Below, piece after piece: positions 25,457 through 38,442 of a stretch of DNA of 64,000 bases. Numbering within the stretch: position 1 is the stretch's first letter; every line of letters begins with the position of its first letter. The stretch is from contig OZ116701.1 in the NCBI GenBank assembly GCA_964199315.1, forward strand, positions 13,206,001 through 13,270,000. The letters are read 5' to 3'. The position numbers were made by a program, and so were the translations under genes. The stretch is from Orbicella franksi (lineage: Eukaryota). The notes below the pieces were generated by a model. It saw nothing but the letters and a program-made list of their open reading frames with translations. It ran no database searches and was not told the DNA's origin.

Positions 25457-27179
25457 GACGATAATATAGGCGCACAGGGCATGCAAGAGTTATGTCTTAT
25501 CAGGAGCCATAATCGGGAACGGAGACCGTAAGCGCGCGCCATTTCAAGTATTGGGGTTGTCCCCATGATATGGGACAATAATTCTATTTTTAGAACAAAT
25601 TGCGCCATCACCCGCAGCACACGCGTGTACATGCTGCGAGGATTTTTGCGGATGTCGCGCGGGGGAAATGGCGTCCGAAATTCCCGAAATGTTTCATGTT
25701 TTTGCCCCACAACTCAACGCGTTTACGTCTGTTGGAATTTTGCTTAAGTATTTTCGTCGTAAGCTGCTCCAGTTTGAGTGAAGTGAGACAGTGTCGAATT
25801 TAGGTATGTTTCACTGTAAGCTTATATATATCGCTGAACAAGTTGTGTTCCGACTGATGCTTCTTTTACATGAGCTGTACATTACTCCACTTTAAATTTC
25901 ATACATGTTGAAGATTAACAGCTTTTCCATTACACAGCAAAAAACTAGCTGGATATATTTAGATATAGCAGAGCTTCAGGACTTCATAGTTTCCTAGCTC
26001 CTCTTGCCACACGCTTGCGAGGAATTTGTCAGTCTATCGCGACCGAAAAGTAAAACAAAATAATTGCTAGTTTGAGTTTCGCTTGAATTGTAAGCAACGC
26101 TTGATGTTTCATCAAGGCTTAATAACTTTACGTCCGTAGATACTGCTCAGTTTTATTCGTGTAAAAATCCAGTAAATTCTCTGTTGTCGATGAATGAGAG
26201 CGCCCGCCGATGCGTGTTTTGTACAGTCAGTAAACATGACAAATTGTACTTCCGCCGCACTTTCGTGTGAAAGCGTACATCGAACTCAAACAATAGCTCT
26301 ATAGTTTTTAATATGTTTAAGATTGATAAATGTTTGAGAACATATTAAAAGCTAAGCTGAAAATATGTGAATAAAGCAGAAACAATCAGCAAAGTTACGA
26401 TGACGCTTTCTTTAATCACTTTGGAATGACGATTTCGATTTTGATTATCGAGTTATCAAAACTCCAGGTCTATTTTCATTTTCGCAGTGTAAAACTTCAC
26501 TATGCTTATGTTGAAGAAACACACGATTATGGCTCCTGATCTTATGAATTGAATATCTCTTCTAGGAGACTTCTTGTTTAGATACGATTAACTGCAGAAA
26601 TATAGAATTTATGGCATAGCTAGAATCCTAAACCCGCAACTGGTAGTGGCTAAGATTAGCAGGAGGTAATTCTTAGGTTTCATTTAGAAACTTGTTGAGA
26701 TTTTGTGGATAAAGGACAAGGGCAGAATTTGTGACCTTACTAAATGTGATGTGAGGTTTAACTACTTTCAGCAGGATAACTAAACGTCATGGAGTCTGCA
26801 ATTGTAGAAAAGTTTAAGTAACACAACCTAAGGCAAACGATAAAAGGCAGACTGCTGTAGATTCCGAGAAATTTTCTTTATGACATTAAAACTGAAGAAT
26901 TTGCAAATTATGATAGTAACTTATTTCCGAGAACTTTTAGTGAGGTGAAAATGTCAAGTAGCGTGTCTACGAGTAGAAACACACTACTTTTTCAGAGAAA
27001 AACACAAACAAAAATATTTTAAAGACAAAATGATAAACATTTTAAAAAATTAATCCTTTGGTATGATTTTAAGATAGCAGATGCAATGAATGACGCACTT
27101 TTTTGTTGTCACTTCAAAAAAAGCCAGGTAAAGTAAGGTAAATCTGCGTCGTCTTGCCAAATAGTGAATACCTCGGGAG

Positions 27180-27482
27180 TTTATCCCGGCTTTCTTCACA
27201 TGAAGTAAGCAGGAGAGTTTTTCCTCCCCCCACCCCTTTCTGAATGGGATGCTAGTCCATTGAAGGGTTACTTATAGGGTATAAACCTGGGTGGGAAGAG
27301 ATGCTGCGAGAAGGCGAGAACTGTCTTACCCAAGAACACAAAACAGTGACCCCGGCCAGGGCTAGGCTCAGTCTCCAGCAGTGGGTGTTTCGGTGCGCCC
27401 GCGATGCTCTCCACCCGAAGCTTTTCCCCAGACCACTCAACCGGAGTCCAGTGCGCTAACCATAAGCCCACCACTGAACCGA
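27180..27482 (-). mobile_element. SINE family 1, independent insertion with an ~60-nt insert in the B box
   Basis: Minus strand ttatggttagcgcac...gagtggtctggg[insert]agccctggccgggg...ttcttgggtaagacag...ggactagcatccc. Confidence 0.8.
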
Positions 27483-29293
27483 GAAATAAAATATGGTCTC
27501 TCATCATATTGTTATTGATCAAACTATCTATCATAATAGAAATGTCGTCGTTGATAAAAGAAAATTGCTCTTCGTAAAACATTTACTCAGTCATGGGATC
27601 ACAAAAATAAGAGGCTTTCTTTGCGACACAAATGAGTCTTTAGAGGTTTTAAAAAGTGTTTACGTCCACCACAGTACTTGAGAGATAAAAATTACTACAT
27701 CAAATAAAAAATTCGGCAGCAAAGGTTTCCTCAGCTAATTTAGAAACCCACGTTCACCATCGCAGAGGTCGCGAGTGCTCTGTAGAACATTGTTTCTACA
27801 GTTGTTGGTTAAAATTGACACAGCTTACGTCAGCAGCTGCTTCTAATTCTCAAGTTCACAAGGCCCTTTACACATGTGAAAGGGTTGATTAAAATAGATT
27901 TATTTAGGAAAATCAAAGAAAAGCTGCGAAAAGCGAATTGTTGAAGTGACGAGTTCCAGGTAGTGCAACTTAACCGAATGATCCAAATTCTGTCGCGTTC
28001 TTTTTTGAGTTTAAGAGCTCTATAGAATCTCCACGGTTATTTGCCTTCAAACGTCATTGTAAATATGCACGGACTCAACACTAATTACTTACATGTTCAT
28101 AGCCTGTCAGGTTAACAACATCCAACATGAGCGAAGCGATTCAAAGATTTCAGTCCCTTACAGACACCTGGGAATTGATTAAGACAAAAAAAAGATTTTA
28201 AGGTAATGCTTAAGTTTTGGTTCCTTTCCTTTTGTAGAATCTCAATAGTTTTTCTCCCCGCATAAACATTCCTTGCTCCGAAAGAAGCAGTTGCAAAGAT
28301 TTTTTTGTAGCAAAAACATTTATTTCTGTTCTTACATAGATAATTAATTTGGATATGAAGAGCGTTTACGTACTTGCAGCTTAGCTGCTTGTACGATCAT
28401 AACGTGATTTTAACATCATTTTCTCACGACGTAAATTTTAGTTTACTTGTATTCTAATTTTAACTTAACGCAGAACTTGCAACCGATAATCAAGATTCAG
28501 TTCACTATTCTCACAGGTAAAATAACCACGAATCTAGCCTGCGCGCAACGCTGGTATGTCACAACACCTCACACATCGGGGATATAGGTCAAAGGAATGC
28601 CTGGGAAACTCATTGTCCTCTTTAACAACTGGTCTCAGGTTTTCTGTCACTCTTGACAGGGTTAGGTGGTCTTGCGCCGCTACAGATTTTTTGACCCTTC
28701 CACCTTCCCTTCGGCGACGCTCAACTCCCTTCCTTTTCTCTGTCTTACGAACCTCTGCCTTAGCAAAATCTCGCTCACCATAACTTCGCTGCGCTAAGGC
28801 AGTAAGTGGTTGTATTGACAGTGAAAATGTTTTACTTTCTTTCATTCTTAGTTGCGCGGGCAACACTCCCACCTGTTTCTAACTGGGTTTTTTTTGGTTT
28901 TTTTTTTGGTTTTTTTTTTTTACTCTTTTCATTAACACGGGCATTAGATCAACGCTAATCCGTGTTATAAAGTTACCCATCACTGAGTTCTTCTCTGCCT
29001 CCAAATTTACCTCTACTCCTAATTTATTGACTTTCCTTCTCCTTAACCAATAGAGTTAACTAGTGCTCGCCAAATTATTGCTTAAGTTACTACTGAATTG
29101 CTTCCCAAATCCCTTATTGGTTCTGTAAAATCACACGTTAAATTACGTTAAATTCACACGTGAAGTTTTCTACGTAGCTTGATATCATTACCTTACAATC
29201 TAGTTAGACAACTTCCTATAATTCCGCTTCTAAAGCTAGAAAAGACTAACTAGTGGAGAACTTACTGACGGAACCAACACAAAACTGAACGCC

Positions 29294-29323
29294 TGACTGA
29301 CTGACTGACTGACTGACTGACTG
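29294..29323. repeat. (GACT)n microsatellite
   Basis: Read directly. Confidence 0.9.
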
Positions 29324-30952
29324 ATCGACCGAGCGACCGAACGATATAGACCGAACGACCGACCGACAGATGGCTGACTGATGACCGAATACTAAGTGAC
29401 GCTCCTTGAAGAAAACTATTAAAGTACAAAGATTAAACTAGATCCCGGTTTGTAGTTTGTGTGCCTCTCGCCTAGCAAGCGTGGTGCCCTAATGTTCCCA
29501 TAAAAGACCTTCACTACAATTTCCTTTCATTAAAAAATGCCTAAAACAAGACGCCTTTCTTGTTTTAGCAAACAACAAAAAAATTCTACCTGCAGAAAAG
29601 ACTTACGACTTTTCTCTGTTGTGTGTCCAAATAATATCTTTCCTAGGAATGTTTATGGTATCGCCTTAAAAATATGTCCAACATTCAGTATAATTAATGA
29701 CAGGAATTCTTAACGACCACGATTTTACTGAAACTGATAAACTACGTGCTACAGCCAAAATCGGTTTTGCCACTCAATTTTATTACTTTTAATTGATAAT
29801 TTGGTCGTAGTTCTCTTCTCGTAGTCAAAATATATTTCCTAATGACGATTCTTTGAAAGAGTCGTTATAGGAAAATTATCACTCTTGTTGATTTTGTCCG
29901 TTTATTACTGAAATCATATTTCTTTTCTTCAAACAGAACTCAAATTATTTAAACCGGATTGACAAGTCGTCCATAGCAGAGCTTTACCAAAATAGCTAAG
30001 TTATCCTGCCTCGCAAACACTTGGACAACAATAAAAAAGAAATGTGCAACTGTTAGGGGTATCCTCTTTCTTTAGGCTTGCGCTTATACTAGCCTACAGT
30101 TTACACCTGCCTGCAAGTAAAACAGTCCTTTAAAATTTGTCGTCTATCTCAGGATGTATTCTCATCACATTGTCGATTCGTTATGTCAGGAGGCACGTGA
30201 TCCGAATTGAGTGTTGATACATCCGCCCTGTTTCTTTGTTTTATCAGAATGAGAGACCAGAAGCTAGATTTTGTTTCTGATTTTGTCATGATAAGCTTGT
30301 AAGGTCAGAACCTCCCCCACCAGAGAACAACCGTGCCAGATGTTTCCTACAAATTCCTGGCTTAAAAAGGGTTGAAATTTAAGTTCTGATGAAAGGAAAT
30401 ATTTTTTGATGTATCAAAAGGAATTTTCCCGTTCTATAACAGATCATGCTGCTTTCAATGACGTTTTGTGCATCCTTCCTTCTGGTAAACTCATTACAAC
30501 AGGCAAGTAAACTGGATTTATTTGGCTGCAACTTCATCGGATGAAGAGCTGAAGGTTAATTAACGTACCACAATACCCTGCAATGACTCTGTTATACGTT
30601 ATATGAGCTCAAACGTTATGGATACTCATTCGAAACTTAATAAAAAAGATTTTTCTTTGAGGAAAGCTTTTTTTCAGCCACTATTGGAGTAACTTATTCA
30701 ATCTGTTATTTTTTTTAACAATAATAAAGCTTTATAAAAGTGTCAAACCAAGTAGCCATGGGGCCTGTTTGTTTGTTTGTTTGTTTGTTTCTTGTGGAGG
30801 CAGGGCCTTAGTAAGGAGCACTCATACAGCCCTTTGCATCAAAAATTCTTGGTGACGTGAAAGAACAGGAAACTTTAAACAAGAAAGGTTATATCAAAAA
30901 CCCGGTCAGAAAATAATCACTTAAAAATACTGAAACATGCGTTTCGCTATAG

Positions 30953-32658
30953 GTTATTTCTGTTGATCGTGAGGTTAGTGTCACATGGGCCAATCACTAC
31001 AGAGTAAAACGACAAGGTATGTAATAATAATCGCCTCAATAAACAATGGAGAAGAAGAAAAGTTCTTTGTTTTCTTGTTTTCTTGACTCGAACGACGCAA
31101 CACGAAACTTGATGCTAGAAGTCTTCGAGTCTCGAGGATCGATGATCGCGTCGTTCGAGTTTCGAATGACTGTCAATTTACATTTGACCGGTGCTGTACT
31201 ACCCACTATTCTCTAATTCCATTGTGTTCGTTTGTCTCAAGAGCGGTTTCATGAGGGTCATCGTAATCATCCTAGACTGCTACCTGGGGTAGTGAGCGTT
31301 TAACAAATTTTTTAACGTTGTAGTCGTATAGATAGCTTTAAAATTGTTCATTTCTCATCTCCTTGTTTAGATTCGAACTCGTGTGACTGTTGTCCAAGTC
31401 CTGGTCCGAGGTCATGCAAAGAGATTCATGACAAATACCAGTAAGTTTTGAAGAACGTGTACACAGGTAGATCTGCGCTTGGAATATCGGCCCGAGAAGA
31501 CCAAGGGGCAACATTCTCCAAGTATGTTCCAGAACAAACATGGCTAACAAGAGATTTATAACCTGACTGAAAATCTGCAAAAAATTCCACGATCACAGAT
31601 TGGAAAGACCCCACAGTTTACTCAACAAAGTTCACCGCAACAGCGCGCAAAATGACGCGTACTGTCCAATTACAAGCATGACGCGTACACTGTCCAATTA
31701 ATGCTGAAATCGGGCTGCTGATAGCCAATGACGTTCGAGAATTTTTATAGTTTTGATTAGTGTTGTAATAAACGAAGGTACCTTACACGTAATGAGCTTT
31801 ACTTCCAGTAGTTAAAAGCTAATGCAGTATTTGAAATTCAATTAAAGAACAACCGAAAACAAAGCATACACGCTCCAGTTTGGTAGCCAAAACGTTCCTG
31901 TCTACTGTAGTATGGATGGAGTTGATCTTGGCGACTGTGGCTGTGGAGGATGGACGCTGGTCATGAAGATTGACGGCTCTAAGGTATTTTAAACGCCAAA
32001 GTTTCATAAAGAGCTTAATGCATCACCACTGACATCTGGGGATCTTGGTGGAAGGCCCCATAACGTTATTGTTGTGGAATATACTGTACACGTATTTTTG
32101 CCGTGTTCTTTGAGTTGACTCTTCAATTTGATCTTGCAGCGGACGTTTCATTACGATTCGTCTTACTGGACTGACAAGAAAGCATATGGCATCCCTGAAG
32201 GAGAAACAGGTTTAGACCAGAAAGAAACAAAGCTACCAACCTACTGGAACACACCATTTACCAGGATCTGTCTCGGCATGAAGATTGGACACGAGACCAG
32301 GTTCATTGTTCTCGAAAAGAAGGCTAGCTCGTTGTACGCCCTAATTCAAGATGGTAAATACCGCCCCACTTCACTGGGTCGTGACGCTTGGAAGAATTTG
32401 ATTGGTCCTGAGGCCTCCCTGCAGCACAATTGCAACAGAGAAGGTTTTAATGTTATAGCTGACAACTCCCTTAATGTTAAGGCACGAATTGGTTTTATTA
32501 CTAATCAAGAAAATGATTGCAATAGCCCTGACTCCAGGATTGGGTTCGGCACCGGAGGGAACCAAGACGACTCCAACACGTGTGGAAACGAGGCTCTATA
32601 TAGTCCAGACAACGGAGACAAACACATCAAAGCTATGGGGTACATCTTGATTCAGTGA
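30953..32658 (+). CDS. USOMP5: USOMP5-like protein copy 2, join(30953..31016,31371..31440,31848..31983,32140..32658); start exon unresolved
   Basis: Same exon architecture as copy 1 (VISVD...HYRVKRQ | [20 protein letters not shown] | ...[13 protein letters not shown] | RTFHYD...MGYILIQ). A candidate ATG exon at 28127-28202 is out of phase by one base in an A8 run. Confidence 0.85.
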
Positions 32659-34677
32659 AGTGAACTGAACTGAAGCGATCATGAACTGAACTTCCAGTTA
32701 AGTTACAGACTAAAGGGGCAAAGGAAAGTGATCAGCATGATATGTTATGATCGATAGTTTATTAAATTTCAATCGTTACAGTACAAAACTAGATTATGAA
32801 ATAGGAATTAGGAATTAAGGCTATACATAATAGATTAAGAAAAATAAAAAAATATATTACAAAGGATTCAAATTGACTATCGTCTTATTTACAGTGGCTA
32901 TACTATGAAACAGTTCTGCATTCTGTTTGTTTTACATATAGACAATTGAAACTTATATGCACAGGACTGCACGGAGGTACGGCAGTATACGTAATCGGCA
33001 GAGATAAAAAATAATGTAACTTGTGATCTTTGATGCTAAGATAGAGCCTTCCAAAAAAACTCTACTGTTTCAATGCTGTGGGAAACGAAATAATGTAAAT
33101 GCCTTGCTATTACGTATCAGTGAGAAATATAATGAAATAATAATTCATATTTCACGTCCATTTTATAAATTCTAAGGCACTGCGGACTTTTGATGACCCT
33201 AGAACGGCCGCATAATTACGTGACCTCCAGTTTCGTCCCTGAATTGCCACTTTCCTTGGATGGGATGCTAGTCCCAGTATTGCCCCCAGCACTTTGTCAG
33301 ATCATAACAGCTTGCCGGTACTCATTTATAGGAAGTGGTTACATGTAGTTTCTAACTGAACTGCAATGATTGGTCGGAAGCAAGTGACACTCTCGGTTGA
33401 TTACAAACTTGACAATGACGTTTTGAATATTGAAAAGCTGACGTCTCGATGTTTAGCCCTTCGAGCCAACGAATCAACGACTGCATACAACCTTCCAGCC
33501 CTCGCTCCTCTCAGCCTTTCACCTTTCACCTACCGATCCCTTTCCTTATATATGTCACCGTTTACCTCCCCGTCCCTTTCCAGTTCTTTTGTTATTATAT
33601 TAGCGTGAGACTCGTCCCGCGATATGCATTATAATTTCACAGACATTTCCGGTAAGTCACTTTCTGTGACCTCCCTGTTAGAGACGTGATCTCTTTGTTA
33701 GGGAGGTCATTTGTGCTTTAAAATCTGGAGAAGTGATTAAATGATGTACATACTTATGTACTTTATTGAGCAAAAATTGAACCTCCCCAATGGGGGCCTC
33801 ACGATCAGTAAATTTAAAAGAGATTCCTACATGTACAATAACAAGATTGTTAATATATGTTAAATAAGATAAAAGCCATTGCAGTTCAATAAAGGCTATA
33901 AGACAACACTGTAAATTTCCATTAAAATCACTCTAAAAAGCGTTAAAACGAAATATTTAAGATGCGAAGAGTTTAAGATTTCTTAATAAGAGCATATGTT
34001 TTAAGGTCTTTTTAAAAAATGTCACAATAGGCTATGATATTATACGTTTTTTTTGTATGTGTTTGTTTGTTAGTTTGTTTCTTTGTTTTTTCTCGTTTTA
34101 CGTTATTAGTTCTTTGTTACTGTCGAGATGAATTTTATTTGGTGATGTAGGCAGCGTTCTCTTGTGCTCCCAAAGGTTGCGTGAATGTCGTAAGTGTTGT
34201 TGCGATTGCTGTTATAAGGAGTTGCTACTTGCGTCGCCGAAACAAGATCTCTCTAATTCAACCTACAAAACAAGCGATATTGTTGTCAACAAAACACTTT
34301 TATCTAAAAAAGAAGAGTCAACCTTTGGATACAAACAGGGATTTAGCCTGAGCAATATGAAGACTATGAAATAAAAACGAGACTATAACTAAATAGTTAC
34401 AGTAGCAAGTTGGCGTTGCTACCCTTGAAAAACTGTATATGTGCATATAAAATATCCATTATTTCTATCGGACTAGGAGGCCCTCGACAGAAAAACTGAA
34501 TTGTTGACATAGTACGCCGGATAGTTCAACCTGAGCCAATATTGATAAACATGAAAACTTTTACTATAACTCAAGAGAACAACAAAAAGTGTTTTCTATT
34601 TAATAAACTAAAATTAAATTTCTTAACATTTATTTCACCTCCGATTCCTCTCAGGGTGCTACTCGTAAGAACAATTG

Positions 34678-36102
34678 TTATAACATAACTAAAGCAAAGC
34701 GCGCGCTCTGATTGGTTAATTTAGCGTCTACTATTTCCCTATGGATGTACGCTGCTGACGTGTGTGCCAATGTTTACAAAGCAAATCTTTTGACAGACAT
34801 TGTTTCCAAAGTAATGGCCGACGTCCTTCTCCCAGAAATGCGAAACTGTCTTCACAGTTGTGTGAAGATGAAACTTTATCGAGTTACTGGTGTGCAGTCA
34901 GTTGTAATGAACGAATTTTCGCGCGCTTCTTTTCTCTTGTCATGTAAGACTACACGAACATTTTTTTTTATGGCGTTTACCATTTGTTAATTTGTATTTT
35001 AAATTACCGTACATGAGTCCTTTTTCTATCATAACGCAACGCAGAATTAAGAAATTAGTTAGCACTTTTTGCACTGACCTAGACATTAAGTTGGTGTTTA
35101 CCCCGTTTAAAATCAGGAGTTGGTTTGGGGTTAGGGATCCTATCCCTGCGGATTTACGATCGCGAGTCATTTATAAGTTTTCATGTGCAGGCTGTAGTGC
35201 CTGTTATGTTGGTGAAACCAACAGACACTTCGCCACTTGCATCCACGAACATTTCTCCTCTGACAAACATTCCCACGTCTTTAAACACCTGAGAAGTTGG
35301 AAAAATTGTCGCTTCCTTTGTTCAGAAGATTGTTTTAAAATTCTCAAAGCTTCCAATTGAAAATCAAGGAAACCATACACATCCTTTAGCAGCAGCCGTC
35401 TTTAAATTGCCAGGTCAAACATCTTGATTTATCCCTTTTATACTGCTTAGTCTCCTTCTTAGCTTAAATAGTTTTACCCTTTTTTTGGTTCGCGCCCTCA
35501 TCCCTAATTATTCTTGTTAATATCTCACTTTGTTATACTATTTATTGAATATTTTCATTTTATTTCTCACTGTACTGATCCGAAACATGTTTATAACATA
35601 ACTAAAGCAAAGCGCGCGCTCTGATTGGTTAATTTAGCGTCTACCATTTGCCAATGGCAAACGCTGCTGACGTGTGTGCTAATGTTTACAAAGCAAATAT
35701 TTTAACAAACATTGTTTCCAAAGTAATGGCCGACATTCTTCTGCCAGAAATGCGAAACTGTCTTCACAGTTGTCTGAAGAAGAAACTTTATCGAGTTACT
35801 GGTGTGCAGTCGGTTGTCATGAATGAATTTTCGCGCGCTTCTTTTCTCTTGTCATGTAAGACTACACGAACATTTATTTGTGATGTAGGTCAATAAAAGG
35901 ACTTCTGTTGTTCCAATGTCTCAATGTTATGTTATAAAACAAATGGTAAACGCCATAGCGTGCACTATTGAGTTATGGATGCACTTGGGAGGTGTGCTAA
36001 GCACTCGAGAAGCTAGAGTCGCAAACGGCTTTTTTCGTGCTTAGCAACCTCCCGCGTGCATCCATAACTCAATAGTGCACGCTATGGCGTTTACCATTTG
36101 TT
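34678..36102. mobile_element. Two copies of a small element (34678-34990 truncated; 35591-35937 with TTATAACATAAC TIRs) plus a 165-bp hairpin (35938-36102)
   Basis: ~290-bp direct repeat beginning ttataacataactaaagcaaagcgcgcgctctgattgg; near-perfect palindrome aacaaatggtaaacgccatagcgtgcac...gtgcacgctatggcgtttaccatttgtt. Confidence 0.7.
34992..35440 (+). mobile_element. Penelope-like GIY-YIG endonuclease fragment
   Basis: VIYKFSCAGCSACYVGETNRHFATCIHEH...HSHVFKHL. Confidence 0.85.
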
Positions 36103-36157
36103 AAATTGTCTTCATTAAAAAATGAACTTCAAAAACACCGTGTGGTTCATAAAAGCT

Positions 36158-36256
36158 ATTATTATTATTATCATTATCATTATCAGTGTCATCGTCATCG
36201 TCATTGTCATTGTCATCGTTATTGTTATTGTTATTATTATTATTATTATTATTAAT
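36158..36256. repeat. Compound trinucleotide repeat (ATT/ATC/GTC)
   Basis: Read directly. Confidence 0.9.
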
Positions 36257-37411
36257 TCACCTTTTCATTTGTGAAAACAAGATGTAAATTCGAGCAATTT
36301 AAACAAATACAAACAAAATTTAAAACACTTGGGGACGCGCTGCCTTGCAGGGTCGCTGGTCAAAACTCTATCTTCTCAAGAAATAAGTTTATTTGTTTAA
36401 GTGTTGGCGATCTGAAAAATAAATTTTAAGTGTCGCCAACTGTTCAAATGCCTTTCTTGGAAAATGTTTTGTCCATTACAAGTTAATACTTAATTAATTA
36501 AAAACACTTTTACCACAGGCTTCAACTTCACGTGCAGATCGTTATTTGTCATTCGATCAAGCTTAGTTTTCTATCGAGCCATTCGAACGCTACCAAAGTA
36601 GACCAAACATGCAAAGTACGCGCGTGAACGCACTGCTCTAATCTTTGATTACTACTAGTCTTAATTACATGGATTGCCAGCTTCCAACTCTACGAATCGT
36701 CAACCTAAAGCCAGAACTGCACTAGATGGTCACACGCCTCTGCTTTCCAAAATGCGGAAAGAAGTAACTGCATAGAACAAGAATTGGAGTGATCAGTTCA
36801 AGTCAGGAATAAATGTGGTTGAGGCAGAATGTTCATGAGCGAGTTCTTCAAATTATCAAAATTGGTCTCCACTTAACCGTTTGCATGTTAAACTTTCACT
36901 GTAACGTGACCGTGACGACAACAACAACCCTACCAAACAAGGGTTATATATTGATACACCAAGTGAACCAGTAACTGAAGTATAGGGTCCGCATAATTAC
37001 ACACTTGATAATGAGACGCCTCGTGTCAGCGCTGAAGACTGCAATGCGGTGAACCGGCAAAGTCATGAAACACAGCGTAACCCTAATACGGTACAGTATA
37101 TATGTTTACGTCTCTTCAAGATGAACACAGTGATCCCAAAATACACGTTGAGAAACAACATAGATGAAAAATTCCCTACAGAACGCTACAGGTAAGGCAT
37201 TAGTGAAGTCAGACATCTTTTACATTTAAATCACAAAATGAATTTAGCCCAATATTCTATTCTTTTTTCTTTGCGGGGAGCGGGGAAGGTAAACAAATTT
37301 ACAAATTTTAGTATGTTAGCGAGTATTCCTGCCCAAGAGTTTTTTGTTTGGTTCAGTCTTTGATGTTCTTTGCCTTATTGCCTGTTGTAATAAATTACAG
37401 TAGTTCGCAAA

Positions 37412-37651
37412 ATTTAGAGTGGAAGCCACATCAGCCTTAGCTGGTTTTCATGCAGGTCCTCTATCCTGGTCCAATTGGAATTTGGAGATGTTGGTTTTGT
37501 GGAGGGAGGAAAAACGGAGAACCGGGAGAAAAGCCCTCGGAGCAAGAAGGGGACCAACAAGAAACTCAACCCACATATGGCACCCGGGCCAGAATCGAAC
37601 ACGGAACAGATTGGTAGGAGGTGAGTGCTTTCATCACTGTGCCATCCCTGC
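37412..37651 (-). mobile_element. tRNA-derived SINE, family 2 (V-domain-like centre)
   Basis: Minus strand gggatggcacagtgatgaaagcac...gttcgattc...gtgggttgagtttcttgttgg...ttctcccggttctccgtttttcctccc. Confidence 0.8.
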
Positions 37652-38442
37652 TTCACTGCAATACGGAAAATAGGGATGCATTTTGGTTCAGGACTACGCT
37701 AAAGGAGATCTGGAAGAAAGAGTGTATGGCCTCAAATCAAGAAGGACCCTTAAATCAGTTGCTTTCAGTTCCCTCAGTTAAGAAGGCTTTCTGCAGCAGA
37801 ATGCTCACGACTTGGGACCCATAGTTGAAACAACCACGAGCTATTATCTCAAGAATAGGAAGCAATCTAGCTTCTTCAGTTTTTTAATACTAGAAATAGA
37901 ATTGCAGGAACTACGTGATTGAAGGATTAGCACTCTCGGCTAAGACTGTTTTGGCGAGGAAAAACCTACTTAGTTGTTATTATGCGGTGCACTTCGGGAC
38001 AACGTCGCTGACAGTGAGACTATGCAATAATTGCACCACATTTCTCATTTATTTCTTAAAATCCAGTTTCAGGTTCTTTCTAAGTTTAGACATGCAAAGT
38101 CCGTTTTCGGATATAACTCCTACACCGCTTAACTTTGTGCTTTAAACTGGACTAGTGAGTCGCTTGGCTTTATTCAGACCTCTTCACTAAGGGCCTTGAG
38201 AGCATGTTAGCACTACGCACGAGTTAGTCTCTTAGATATCATGCGTGACATTATGTAACCGAGACCCAACTCATTTTAATCACGTGATTACCCTTCCAAT
38301 TATCCCTTACCCGGCTTGAATTCCACCGTCTTATTAACAGCTAGTTTCGCATGCGATTAACCCACAAGTAAGCAATACAATGTACGTTCCTTTTACTTTT
38401 ATTGACTTTTGTAAGTTTTGCTTTATTGATCATATTGCTTCT

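Noticed and set aside
25460-25800. CpG-rich region with several short overlapping ORFs
   Set aside because: No recognisable protein or splice structure; more likely a transposon end.
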